64,000 nt of DNA from Octopus sinensis (GCF_006345805.1 NC_043006.1:28024001-28088000); one strand, 5' to 3'; shown: positions 49,762-62,768, counted from the stretch's first letter. Notes: generated by a model not told the origin, from the letters alone. Numbers and translations are program-made.

Positions 49762-52700
49762 ATGCCCCGAAGGAAGACTTCTTCAATTGGACGAAAAACT
49801 GTGAAAGCTGCAAGATCATCAGCAAGGAGGGCCAATGAATCGTCTGTCGAAACTGACATTAGACGATCACAAAATGCTGAACATATGGCCACTTCAAGAG
49901 CACTTCAAACAAATCACCAGCGTACACTTCGACGAACTGCTGATGCTGCCTCAACTGCTGCTGCACAAGCTGCAGAGACTGAACACCACCGTAAAGTTCG
50001 ACGAAGTGCTGATGCTGCCTCAACTGCTGCTGCACGAGCTGCAGAGAGGAAAAATGAACGCGCTACACGCCTGCTCAAGAATGCTGCCAACATGGCTGCT
50101 GCGTGAGCTTCCCACACCTTACAACAGAGATATACTATGTTGCAGACTTCCATTCAACAAAGAGCTCATAGATGGGGATTTTCAATGCCATGCAGCTCAC
50201 AATGGTTATTAAAGGCTTTCCACTACAACCCTCACCTTCATTATGATTGCCACCCAGATATGAACATTGGAGATATGTTCATCACTTGCTCTTTCTGCAA
50301 TGCTAAGAAGTGGTCAAGAGAGACTCCTGCGATGTGTTGCACTAATGGAAAAGTTAACCTCACTCCACTGCAGGATTCACCACAGCTGTTAAAGTCACTC
50401 TACGCTGGCACAACTACAGAGTCGAAACATTTCCTGAATAACATCCGGGAGTACAATTGTGCATTCTAAATGACATCTTTCAGCGCTAATGTTGTTCAAG
50501 AAGGCGGGTTTATGCCAACTTTCAAAGTGCAGGGACAGGTTTACCATAGAATAGGATCACTCGAACCTGCTGAAAATCAAGATCCTCAATTCCTTCAACT
50601 GTACTTTGTAGGTAATTTACATGAACAAGCCACCCAACGAAATTCTATTTCCACAGGTACTAACTTTCACTTGATAATGCAACTGCAAGACCTTTTGCAC
50701 CAGAAAAATAGCTACGTACGCAGCTTCAAGTATACCTTGGAAACAGAAGCTTCATCAAATTTTAATGTTGTCATTGATGCCCAGAAAAGACTATCTAGGG
50801 AACATGCAGGCCGTTACAATGCACCCACATGCAATGAAATAGCTGTACTCCTTCACGGTGAACAGCACAATCCCAGAGACACCACCCTCCAACGAATTAG
50901 TGAAACACACTGATCATACGATACACTTCAATATCCACTTCTAGTTGTTAACGGTGAGGATGGCTACCACATTGGTCTACTACAGCAACATCTCCAAAAT
51001 CATTATGAACATCTCAACAAGCCAATATCCTGCATGGACTTCTACTCATACCGATTTATGACCCAAAACAACTGCTGTAATCACCTCCACCAGTCTCGAG
51101 AGCTGTTTCATCAATTTGCAGTCGATATGTGCGCAAAAATGGAATCAGAGAGATTGTGTTTCATCAGGTCACATCAAAAAGAATTGCGCTCTGACAGCTT
51201 CATCCATCTTCGAGATGCCATCAATAATGATGCTGCTCCAACAAGTATAGGAAGACTTTGCATCTTGCTTTCCACATTCACTGGAAGTCCCCGATATATG
51301 CATGAAAGAACACAGGATGCAATGACTTTGTCTGCCATTACAGCAGGCCTGACCTGTTCATAACTTTCACATGCAATCCCAAGTATAAGGAGATTCAGGC
51401 CGAACTCTTCTTCAGTCAAAAGCCTAAAGACAGGCATGACCTCCTTGCCTGAGTTTTCCATCTGAAGTTAATCACTCTCATGGAGCTCATAAAAAAAGGG
51501 CAAGTCTTTGGGCCCATACAATGTGACATGTACACAATCGAATGGCAAAAAAAGGGCCTTCCACATGCTCATATCCTGCTTTGGCTCTCAACAAAGATCA
51601 ATTCCAATGAGATCAACAAGATAATCTCTGCAAAGCTTCCTGATCCAGCTTTAGACAAAGTACTCTATGAAAGAGTTAAAGCAAACATGTTACATGGTCC
51701 ATGTGGGCATAGATTCAACATAAACTCACCATGCTTCAAAGACAGCGTATGTTCAAAAAGGTTTCCAAGGAGGTTCCTACTAGGAACTCAGACAGGTGCT
51801 GATGGGTATCCATCATCCAGATGGAGAAAACCAGAAGGCAGAGGTTTCACAGCAACTCTCGGACAGCACGAGTTTGATAATAGATGGATTGTTCCCTACT
51901 GCCCACTTCTGTCAAAGACTTTCAATTCCCACATGAATATTGAGTTTTGCAAGTCTGTTAAATCCATAAAGTATGTTTGCAAATATGTGAACAAGGGTTC
52001 TGATGCTGCAATGTTTGGACTTCAACAAGAATACTGCCAGGATGAGGTGACGCACTATCAGGTGGGATGGTACATAAGTAGCAACGAGGCTTTCTGGTGC
52101 ATCTTTGGCTTTCCACTTCACCAATGACACCCCGCCATTCAACAGCTTGCAGTACACCTGGAAAATGGTCAAAGAGTGTACTTCACCGATGTTAATGCTT
52201 CTCTGTTGGCAGAGGAAGCAAGGGATAGCACACTCACTGCATTCTTAAAGCTTTGTCAAGTGGATCTGTTCGCTCAAACCTTGCTGTATCCACAGATTCC
52301 ATCGTACTACACTTGGAATGGAAAAAAATGGGCCCCATGGAAAGCAGGTCAAAATGTTCATGGATACCCTGGCATTAAGTTTCACACTTGCCTTTGGCGA
52401 GTATACACAGTGCATCCCACTCAACAAGAGTGCGTCTACCTTCGTCTACTACTGCATGAGGTCAGAGGGCCAACGTGTTTCCAGGCCCTAAAAACCATTC
52501 ATGGACATGTCTGCACAACATACAGGCCATCGACAAGGTCTGTTAGAAGATGGTGCACAATGGGGTGCAACTTTGGGAGAGGCTGCTTTATCAGAATCAC
52601 CTAAAAGTCTCAGGGCACTATTTGCAGTATTACTACAGGCATGCAAACTGTGTGATCCTGCCACTCTATGGCTCAAATTCAGAGGCAACCAGGCTCAACT

Positions 52701-54281
52701 GCTCTATCCTGACATGGAGGGTATCAGCAATGAAGTCTATAACAAAACTCTCATTGACATTGAAAACAGAATTGTTACACTGGATGGAAATGAATTGTCC
52801 ACATATGGCCTGCCACAAGCATTCAGGTCAGGGTCAAATAGCCTTCCCACTGCTGTCATTCGTGAAACAACCTATGACACTCAAGGGCTTTCAAAGTACA
52901 TTGTTGAAAATGAGCCTAAATTACTTCTGCACCAGCTGCAGGCCTACAGAACTGTTCTTAACAGTGTACGCCAATGTGAGGGATGAATCTTCTTCCTTGA
53001 TGCTCCTGGAGGGACAGGAAAAACATTTATTACAAAGCTTCTCCTTGCAGAAGTTAGGCAGCATCAGAACATTTCAGTAGCTGTAACCTCCTCTGGCATT
53101 GCAGCTACTTTGTTACCCAGTGGCAGGACAGCACACTCAACTTTTAGACTCCCTCTCAATTTAGCAGCATCTGAGATGCCTTCATGCAACATCAACAGAA
53201 GCTCAGATCAGGTGCAAGTACTTAAAATGTGTCATCTAATTGTCTGGAATGAGTGTACCATGGCTCACAAGGGAGCTTTGGAAGCATTAGATAGAGCCCT
53301 GAAAGACACCCGAGACTGTCAGGCTCCAATGGGAGGTGTAACACTTCTGTTGTCAGGTGATTTCAGGCAAACTCTTCCTGTCATTCCGAAAGGCACTAGA
53401 GCAGATGAAGTCCAAGCATGCCTAAAGTCCTCTTCCCTGTGGCATCATGTTATGATCCTCAGTCTCACCACTAACATGAGAGCTCACCTACACGGCGACA
53501 AAATGTCCACAAAGTTTGCACAGGACATTTTGACACTTGGTGAAGGCAAGGTGCCTCTCGATGCTGCAGGACAAATGGAAGTGTGGTCATCTTCCTCTGT
53601 TGTTAATTCTGTAGATAACCTCAAACACAAAGTCTTTCCCAATGTCACACAAAACTACCAAAATCACAATTGGCTGTGTGAAAGAGCAATATTAGCTCCA
53701 AAAAACATCGCTGTTAAAAAAATTCATCAACAGCTAGTGCATTCTCTTCCTGGCACTATTCACATTTACAAGTCTGTTGATACAATTCTAGATAAAATGA
53801 AGTGGTGAACTATCCTCCTGAATTTCTCAATTCGTTGGAGCCTCCTGGACTACCACTCCACATATTAGCACTTAAATTTGGAACTCCTGTAATGCTATTC
53901 TGCAATCTGGGGCCACCAAGACTTTGCAATAGAACACAACTGCTGATAAAGAAAATGATATCACACGTTATCAAGGCGATCATTTGTTCTGGATGTGGAA
54001 AAGGTGATGATGTCTTTATTTCAAGAATTCGTCTTACTCCATCAGGAGCAGAAATTCCATTTACATTCAGAAGACTGCAATTCCCCCTTCGTATCAGCTT
54101 TGCCATGTCCATTAACAAATCTCAGGGTCAAACCCTCTCTGTAGCTGGCCTTCTCTTAGAAGAGCCCTGCTTCTTACATGGACAACTGTATGTTGGCTGT
54201 TCAAGAGTGGGAAGCAAAAGAAACCTCTTTGCATATGCTCCACAAGGAAAAACAAGGAGCATTGTTTACAAGTTGTTATAA
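49762..54281 (+). pseudogene. Helitron Rep-helicase (HUH Rep + PIF1-like helicase), disrupted
   Basis: C-x2-C-x11-CC motif, FKVQGQVYHRIGSL, TFTGSPRYM, EWQKKGLPHAHILLW (HUH), KYVCKYVNKG, DAPGGTGKT (Walker A), GDFRQTLPV, FAMSINKSQGQTL, HGQLYVGCSRV; multiple stops and frameshifts. Confidence 0.95.
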
Positions 54282-54375
54282 TCACAACAGCCAGGAGGTA
54301 TGCACATGATCCCCTTTTTTTACCAAACTTCATGTACTTTATATTGATATACATATATATATATGTGTATGTATG

Positions 54376-54407
<32 letters not shown>

Positions 54408-54769
54408 CATTGCTTGCCAACTAATGTTGGTATCTTTATGCCCCCATAAATTAGCAGCTTTCACGATAGAATGAGTACTTGGGGTCAATTCGTTTGACTA
54501 AAGGCAATGCTCCAGTAACGCCACAGTTAAATATTTTAAACAAGTAAAAGATAACAATAAACAAATATGCCATTTCACTCCTGAGCAATGCTGGATATCT
54601 CTGCTAGTATTTAATAAATCTAAGTATTAACTAAAGTAGGAAGTAATTAATGAAGTATAATACATACCCTGTATATATATCTATATGTATATAAATATTT
54701 ATAGATATATAAATATATATGTGTATATACATATATATACGTGTATGTATACATATGTATATATATATA

Positions 54770-55620
54770 TGATCATCCCATGAATAATGTGGTTTTTTAT
54801 ACTTCCTTTATTTTTCGGAATTAAGATAAACAAAGTTCTTTTTTAATCAAAAATATACTCTCCTTCATTTCCTACAATGCTCTTCTATCTGTCTGGTAGA
54901 CTTGCATAACTCCTTAAAATTCACTTGACCGTATTGCAGTACTGTTCTGACCTCGTCAACAGAATTCATATTTTTTCCATTGAAATGATTTTGAAGTCTG
55001 TCGAATAAATGATAATCAGATGGGGGCAATGTCCGGCGAATATGGTGGGTGGGGCATTGTTCCCATTCAAATTGCTCTCACCTTTGGAATGTCATCCTCA
55101 CTGTATGTGGCTGAGCATTATCCTGATGGAAGATCACCTTCCGTCCTGAAACCAAAAATGGTCATTTTCCGATGGCATGCATTGTGTCGATGAATGGTTG
55201 AACAACCAAATCCAAGCTTCTCTACTAGTTCCCCAACAGTTACAATGAGATTGCACCAGGCTTTGCAGGATGTCTTTGTCGACCTCTACAGATCTTCCAG
55301 AATGAGGCTCATCTTCTAGGCTGTAGTTTCTGGCTCAGAATTTCTGGAGCCACCATTGACACTGGCTTACATTTATTGTCCAATCCCCATATACTGCATT
55401 AATATTCCTTGCACTTTCCACCGCGTTATTGCCTTTATTAAACTCATAAAGCAAAATATGCTGAATGTGCTCCTTCAGTAATCTTTCAACTATCAGATAA
55501 ACTTTATTTTCAGATATTTGCATTACAAAAATTTTACATTATAATCTTTTCTATAAGTCACCTATCATAAACTGCAATGGCAATGTCACATTTTCTATAT
55601 AGTGTGTACCTTAAAAGATA
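54770..55620 (-). mobile_element. Internally deleted mariner (DD34D-type) remnant
   Basis: KEHIQHILLYEFNKGNNAVESARNINAVYG N-terminus, SLEDEPHSGR, and C-terminal HDNAQPH...PSDYHLF remnants. Confidence 0.8.
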
Positions 55621-55809
55621 CCTATTTCTCTATATGCTATGACAAAATGCAATCACTCACTCTCTCTCCCTCTCTCACATGCACACAAAAATGATGTATG
55701 TGTATATGGAAGATTGTGTATGTGAGACAGAGTGAGACCAAGTGAATGCCACTTACATTTACATGATAACACACACCTTTACTCTCTCTCTTTCATGCAC
55801 ATACACACA

Positions 55810-56228
55810 CACGTCCATTTCATCCGTTCCTGTCCGTTGCCAGCCTCACCTGGCCCCCGTGCCGGTGACACGTAAAAGCACCATCCGTTTCGTGGCCGTT
55901 TGCCAGCTCTGTCTGGCCCCTGTGTTGGTGGCACGTAAAAGCACCATCCGTTCGTGTCCGTTGCCAGCCTCGCCTGGCCCCCGTGCCGGTGACACGTAAA
56001 AGCACCATCCGTTCGTGGCCGTTTGCCAGCTCTGTCTGGCACCTGTGCGGGTGGCACGTAAAAAGCACCCACTACACTCACAGAGTGGTTGGCGTTAGGA
56101 AGGGCATCCAGCCGTAGAAACACTGCCAGATCTGACTGGGCCTGATGAAGCCTTCCAGCTTCACAGACCCCAGTTGAACCGTCCAACCCATGCTAGCATG
56201 GAGAACGGACGCTAAATGATGATGATGA
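55810..56228 (+). mobile_element. RTE 3'-tail repeat with near-perfect higher-order internal duplication
   Basis: A two-part unit of ~122 bp (55819-55940 repeated at 55946-56070), then the conserved tail and (GAT)n. Confidence 0.82.
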
Positions 56229-56466
56229 TATATATGTGTATATATAATAGAAATATTAAAATTACTAAGTCTCTCTAAAGGAGATTACGGCAGCGTTACT
56301 GGATATTAATAGTTATCGCCAAACTAATATGGCAGTCCATAAATATAAGACTAAAGCTGTCACTGATTAGCTCCAAGAGGCCATCGCCTCTAGCTAGCTA
56401 TATGACACACGAACCTGTGTCCATCTGAAATTTTGGTTGTAATTAAATTCCTCTTTTAACTTTCAG

Positions 56467-56586
56467 AAACGTGCATTACGGCTGCAGCAACAGAAGCAGA
56501 AAGAAGAACTCCAGCGAGCACAACAACAAGAATATGAATTAGAAAAAGAGCAAATGCTTGAAGCTAAAGTGATTCCAAAACCATGA
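56467..56586 (+). CDS. BLOC1S6: BLOC1S6 last coding exon
   Basis: tttcag acceptor; KRALRLQQQKQKEELQRAQQQEYELEKEQMLEAKVIPKP* matches pallidin KRALKLQQKRQKEELEREQQREKEFEREKQL; total CDS 630 nt, 209 aa. Confidence 0.95.
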   Translation, partial: KRALRLQQQKQKEELQRAQQQEYELEKEQMLEAKVIPKP

Positions 56587-57394
56587 AACTCCAACCAGTG
56601 ATTTTAGAAACTGACTGCAAATGTAATCATCACTTGTATTTATCTCTTCTTTTGGTTCAAACAGTTTTTTTTTTTAAAAAGGCTGTAAAATCTGATTTTT
56701 ATTCCTCTTGTTTATCTAATTTTAATCTTGTTTCACTGCCTCTTTTGGAAAGTGAAGGATTTACAGACTTAGTAAAACTTAATGCTGCCATGGTTCTCTT
56801 AATTGAAACTTTAAAAGGAAAACATAAAAAAGAAAAAAATTCAGAAAATTGTTGAATTTCTTTCAAACGAATATTGTGTATTATTTCATTGCATAATAAT
56901 GTCTTCATATGATGTTAATATTGTGATGAATGAGGAAAGCCGGAAGAAAGGAACCTAACAATGAAATATCTGCTTGAACATGACTAGCAAAGACATTTCA
57001 ACAGCAGTTCAGAGGTGAAACATTTTATCAACTGCTGCCTATTGTTTGTTAAATTTAGCATCAATTTCATAGGAAACTAATAGATGCACTGGAAGAATAA
57101 AAGAAAATGTTGATAATATTCAAAACTTCTTTTCAGAATTTATATTTTATAACATTGAGTTGAAAAAACATAGTTCATTGTCTGTCTGTTTGTCTGAAAT
57201 CAATACATAGGTTAGCAGAGAAGGTATGATAGGTACCCATGACCCTTTACAAAACATTCAAGACTTGGAAGATATCCTTAAACTGGAGAACTTCCAGCAG
57301 AGTGGCCTTCACTAAAGGTATCCCAAAGTAGGTGATGGTGTTAAACCAGATGATACATTGTCTATTATTCAGAAATAGGAACAGTCACTCTGAT

Positions 57395-57560
57395 GGGTTT
57401 CCATATAGTGTTTCTCCTCCCCACCTGGGAGCAGGACACATAAAGTTGCCCATGTGAAAAGCACAGCTCTCCAAAATGGATGCCCACCACTGATAGTGTT
57501 TGGCCTTGGGATTTGTTGATGGACATGGATATATATGGCTGACAACATTCAGAATAGGAA
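57395..57560 (-). mobile_element. Second Helitron helicase fragment
   Basis: MSINKSQGQTLSVVGIHFGELCFSHGQLYVSCSQVG. Confidence 0.8.
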
Positions 57561-58254
57561 CTGTTATTGCTAAAAGAAAGACTAACTCTCTTATTCACTA
57601 AGTCACTGACACATATACATAGGGTTAATAGTCCAAAATGTTATAATTGTATTTGTAATTCACCGCAGACATTTAAACAAAGCAGTTACAAATTGCTTAA
57701 AAATGTAATTTTAATATTAAATACAGATATTTAACAGACATGTTGGAACATGAACAGGACAGTAAAATTTGTTCAGAGAAAAAGAAAAGTTAACGAAAGC
57801 TTTGGATTTTCATAATATAATGGATCTTTGCCTGTTTGATATATATTTTTTTAAATTTGAGCGTGTACAAGTATTTTCAAGTCTTTTAGTTTTATCTTTG
57901 ATTATTATAGTTCTTATTGATGGTGCTGCATGTCGTGTATTCTAGAGATTTATATATCAATTGTTCCAGAGACACTGAAAAGGATTGTTATGACAAGCTT
58001 ATGTTAAAGATATGAGCTCAGCACACACACACAAAAAAAAAAGTAAGTTACAGTGACCCAGGTATGTAAAGAAGTGAAGATATATGGAAACTGTGTGTCT
58101 TTGCTTTGAACACAAGTGTTGGATTTGTGATAGGATATAAACTGTTGATTCTTCAGTATGTAAAACTGACACCCTAATGTTTTCAGTTTACCAGCAATGG
58201 CTCTGTTTAGGGATGGTAGTTGCATAACTGATACTATAAATGATGACATTACTG

Positions 58255-58460
58255 GATTAGTCTTTTGATACCAACAGACATGGGATTGCTCTTGGTCCCA
58301 TGATACAAACTTCTTTGTTTAAAGTGATTTAGATTTAAACCTTCCTTCAAAATTTCATCTAACTTATATTCCAAACACTAGCTTAATAATGACCAAGTTA
58401 TTCTTCATTATTTTCAAAATTAATTGTATTTGAACAGAAATATGGTTACAAAAGGGTTAA
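58255..58460. mobile_element. piggyBac-like MITE remnant (related copy at ~60835-61020)
   Basis: Ends AAAGGGTTAA (TTAA target); shared core CTTCC.TCAAAATTTCAT...ATTCCAAA..CTAGCTTAATAATGAC in both copies. Confidence 0.5.
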
Positions 58461-58916
58461 AAGATATTGATGTGTTTGATCTCTGAGCTAAATAATGTCT
58501 GACATTAATGTTGGCTTTTTTGCAGTATAAATAAAAAATGTCTCATAGAATGAGAGAGAGATAGAAACTAATTCAAAGACTAGAATTTAATGTCCATCTA
58601 TAACAATAACATCCATTTAAAAACAAAAAAACCAACAAAAAAACCAGCTTATTCTAAACTTGTCCACAGAAGACGTAACTAAAAAGTTGAAATTATTTCG
58701 GAATGGTTTTAGTATTATTTGGAAATAATGATTGTCTACAAAATAATAAACAACAACAAAAGGAACGAAACCATTAAATTATAGTTTAAATATCAGTAAT
58801 TTACATTAAAATAAGCTTTTTTTTTTTTGTTCTGGTTCATACAGAATACACATACACACACACACTTTTCTCATACAAAGTTTCTTCTATTAACAAAATT
58901 ATTTGAAGTTCTCTTC

Positions 58917-59015
58917 TCATTTTCCTTCAACCATTTTGTCACGGACAATTACTGATTCATCAAACTTGATCATGAAAGTGGTTCCTTTGTGCCAGTGGAC
59001 AGTCACTTTGGCAGG
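58917..59015 (-). CDS. TRAPPC5: TRAPPC5 last coding exon
   Basis: tttcag acceptor; PAKVTVHWHKGTTFMIKFDESVIVRDKMVEGK* matches TRAPPC5 PAKVTAHWHKGTTLMIKFEEAVIARDR. Confidence 0.96.
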   Translation of the reverse strand, partial: PAKVTVHWHKGTTFMIKFDESVIVRDKMVEGK

Positions 59016-59337
59016 CTGAAAATCAAAGATAAAAATAACCAACTTTGAAAATTTGAACAGGTGGAATTCTACAAATATATTATCATCATCATCACCAGGT
59101 ATGGCTGTGTGGTTAGGGTTTGCTTTGAAATCACCTGGATTCAGGTTCCATTTCACTGCATAGGGCTTTGGACAAGTGTCTTCCACTATAACTTTGGGCT
59201 GACTAATACCTTGTTAATGAAATTTTGTAGACAGTAAGCTTACTGAAATATGTGTGTTTGCATGTTTTCACACTGGCATCATTCAATCAATGATGTGTCA
59301 TTTACATGTCCCATAAACATGTGTATATATGTGTGTG

Positions 59338-59369
<32 letters not shown>

Positions 59370-60230
59370 ATATATATTGAGACCATTGGCAATATGCTGT
59401 GCTTGAGAAGATTCATCAAGCCAAGTGAAATTGAAATTGTGGCTGATGCCGGTTCACATAACTGGCACCTGTGCTGGTGGCACGTAAAAAGGACTACACT
59501 CTTGGAGTGGTTGGTGTTAGGAAGAGCATCCAACCATAGATACCATATTAAATCAGACTGGAACTTGGTGCAGCTCTCCAGTTTATCAGTTTCAGTCAAA
59601 ACTGTCTAACCCATGCCAGCATGGGACACTGATGCTAAATGAAGATTATATATACATATAATGTGTGTGTGTGTGTGTTTGCGTCTCTGTCTTGACAGTG
59701 TGCAATAGATGTAAATGATTGTCATACAAGCAGTGTCATTCATTTCCAATATTTTGTAAAAACATATCTGGGCATGGGGGAAATACTATCTGCCTTGGAA
59801 ACAAGTGAGGGTTGTTGACAGCAAGAATATCAGACTGTAGAACACTGCCTCAGCAAGTCTTGTCCAACCATACTGAATAGAAGTAGATGTATAAACAATA
59901 ATGATATATAATATATATCTCAACAGAACCAATTAAATAATGCAGCTATTATCAGGTTTCTAGTCAAAAACTGAATAATAACTAACTAAGTAGCAATTTC
60001 TGCTAATTAGTTTTTTCTGTTTATTGTATTTAAACTGTAGATGGATATTTTTTTCAGGCAACCTTTTTGTTGCTAAACTTCCACTATCTTATAGAGAGAG
60101 AAAATTACAGCTAAACAAATACACATTAAAAATAGTGTGTATTTGTTTAGCATATGTGTTCAGGAATATTTGGAAACAAAATCTGTTAATTTATAAAAAT
60201 GCTAAGCCAGATAAATCAAATAGTACTCAC

Positions 60231-60295
60231 AAAATTTGCTCCAATTAGTATTGCTTCCAGAATTCCAGCTGTAAATGCCGCGCAGTTCAAACTAC
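60231..60295 (-). CDS. TRAPPC5: TRAPPC5 exon
   Basis: catcag/gtgagt; (G)SLNCAAFTAGILEAILIGANF; phase 1-0. Confidence 0.95.
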
Positions 60296-60371
60296 CTGAT
60301 GTCAGGGAAAACAAGAAGACAGTTATGTGTATTAAATAAATGTGTGTAATATAGCCATTTACCGTACTGTA

Positions 60372-60817
60372 TGTTGTAAACCTATAATATTCTCTTATTA
60401 ATTCTTTTCTATAATAACAGCAGATAAAAATATAGAAATCATCTTTTGAATTCAGTATGAGAGTGTGGTGCAGTGATGAATGATGTTGATGGATGGATGC
60501 TGTCTGTCTTAATTGTTGGATAGCCATGATCAATGGATTAGAGAGCAAGCAGAACATAGTTTGAATAAAAGCCCTCTTTTGATTAGGCTAAACAATGATT
60601 TTATTCAAACTTTGTTCTACTTGCCATCTAATCCATTGATCATGGCTGTCCAATGATTAAGACATGTTTTATATTAGGTAAAGACAGTATCCATCCATCA
60701 ACATCATTTGACACTGTGCTGCACTTTCATGCTCAATTCAAAATAAGATTTCTATATTTCATGTGCTACTTACTATTATAGAAAAGAATCAATAAGAGAA
60801 TATTATAGTTTATAACA
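60372..60817. repeat. Imperfect long inverted repeat (~200-bp arms, ~28-nt loop) in TRAPPC5 intron
   Basis: For example CTATAATATTCTCTTATTAATTCTTTTCTATAATA versus TATTATAGAAAAGAATCAATAAGAGAATATTATAG, and GCCATGATCAATGGATTAGA versus TCTAATCCATTGATCATGGC. Confidence 0.9.
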
Positions 60818-62594
60818 CTAATCACATGACTTTTGACACCAACCTGCCTTTATGAATCAAACTTTTTGATTTAAGAAAAGCTTCCATCAAAATTTCATAT
60901 TAATTTATATTCCAAATGCTAGCTTAATAATGACAAAGTTATTTTAATAAATTCTTTCAAAATTAATTGAAACAAAGGCAGTGTATTTCATCAGAAATAT
61001 GTAAACAAAATGGTTAAAGTCATAAATAATTCCGCTTGTCATTACGGTTCAAAGTCTCTCTTGACCAGAAATGGCCTGAACTCTTTGCATGAACACCACC
61101 CTGTACATAACTCCATGTCCCCCTACATGGCCTTGCTTTTTGCTTTTTGAGCCAAAAAAATTAACTTAACTTAACTTAACAATACTTAGCCCACCAGTAA
61201 CACTTTCACATGATTAGAGAAAAAGAGAGAGAAAGAAAGTGAAAAGGAGGGAGAGAGAAGCATCCATGACATGAGGTAGAGGGAATGTAATTGTAACACT
61301 TTCATGTGATTGGTTGAAGGGAAAGAGAGGAGAGAGAGAAAAGGAGCGTAAGGCGAAGACTGAGATAGGGAGAGAGAAGTGTCTGTGATGCAAGGTAGGG
61401 GGAACGTAATATTCATCATGTTGTTAAAAAAGTGATATAGAGGAGGAGAGTTAAAAATCCAATTTTAGCATAAGGGTGATTTTCTGATGGTGAGGTTAAA
61501 GAAAGGCAGAGAAAGAGAGGGGGAGAGAGATGGTGATGAGTGCATAGTGAAAAGTGTATTTTTTTTATATCACCTATCACTTAATGCATGTGCAAAGTGC
61601 AATTCTGTGGAATATTCCTACTTATTTAAATGGCAGATATATACAATTTAATTAAAGGTTGTATCATATGTACGGGATATTTTTTTTTTGTTTATTGGAA
61701 AAATGAAAAAATAAGAGTGAATATTTTATGAGTGCTGTGTGTTAAGTCTATAAAATTGTGCATTAAGTATCACCATCATTTAATATCCGTTGTCCATGCT
61801 GGCATGGGTTGGATGGTTTGACTGGGCTGGCATGCTGCGCCAGGATCCAGTCTGATTTGGCATGATTTTCTATGGCTGGATACCCTTCCGAACGCCAGCC
61901 ACTCCAAGAGTGTAATGGGTATATAAAGTGTATTAAGTAATCATCATGTTCCAATTTCTTCCATTTTTCAATGAGTAGCAAATGAGTGAGTATCTTTCCA
62001 TACAGATACAACACAGGCTATGCTTTCAGGTTTTTTAGATAGAGTTTTTAGAAATAACCCAACAGGTTTACCATTAATTTTGTGAAATATTCATGGATCC
62101 CGCTAGTCTAAATTAAAACCTTCCATCAAAATTTCATCTTTTATTCTTTATTTATTTTAGTTATAAGACTATGGCCATACTAGAGCTGTCTTGACGGGCT
62201 TAGTTTAAACAAACTGAGCCGGGTACTTATTCTATTGATCTCTTTTGATGAACTGCTAAGTTACAGTGTGGTGGACTAACAAAGACACACAAACACACAT
62301 ACATAACAGGCTTCTGCACAACTTTTTTCTACCAAATTCACTCAAGTTGCTGGTTACATGTAACTTGCTTAACCATACAAATTATTCATCTACTCCTAAG
62401 TTTCTTAGGCACCACCAGTTAACAGGCATAGTACCCTATCAAAAAGCCTTCTATATACTGATGAATGTGAGGCAGAGTGGCTTATTTCTAATTAAGTACT
62501 TCTGCATTTGTCTCACTAGGAAAAGCGCACTGATAATACCTCTTTCTGACAAAAAACTGAACTGTATCTCATTTATGCTGTCTTCTTACTCAGT

Positions 62595-62605
<11 letters not shown>

Positions 62606-62686
<81 letters not shown>
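62606..62686. repeat. (GA)n microsatellite
   Basis: About 40 pure GA units. Confidence 0.97.
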
Positions 62687-62688
<2 letters not shown>

Positions 62689-62708
62689 AAGACAAAAGAA
62701 ATTCTTAC

Positions 62709-62768
62709 CTTTATCCTTAGGAACTGAAATAAACCTGTTAACTAAAGGTTCTTTTTCAATGATATAAT
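62709..62768 (-). CDS. TRAPPC5: TRAPPC5 exon (earlier exons not found in the window)
   Basis: gtacag/gtaaga; YIIEKEPLVNRFISVPKDK matches TRAPPC5 YIIEREPLINTYISVPKE; phase 1-1. Confidence 0.94.

Larger units (their letters stand above)
48040..54607 (+). mobile_element. Formerly autonomous Helitron in the last BLOC1S6 intron
   Basis: Rep-helicase remnant plus 3' end CCTGAGCAATGCTGG...CTGCTAG|T at 54607; 5' end uncertain (candidate A|TCTATAT at 46793). Confidence 0.82.

Noticed and set aside
49532-54281. Helitron ORF pieces as a domesticated or host PIF1 gene
   Set aside because: Multiple stops and frameshifts, no splice sites that repair them, and a Helitron 3' terminus is present.
61186-61560. 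GA-rich segment with a 77-aa ORF
   Set aside because: Low-complexity intronic sequence.
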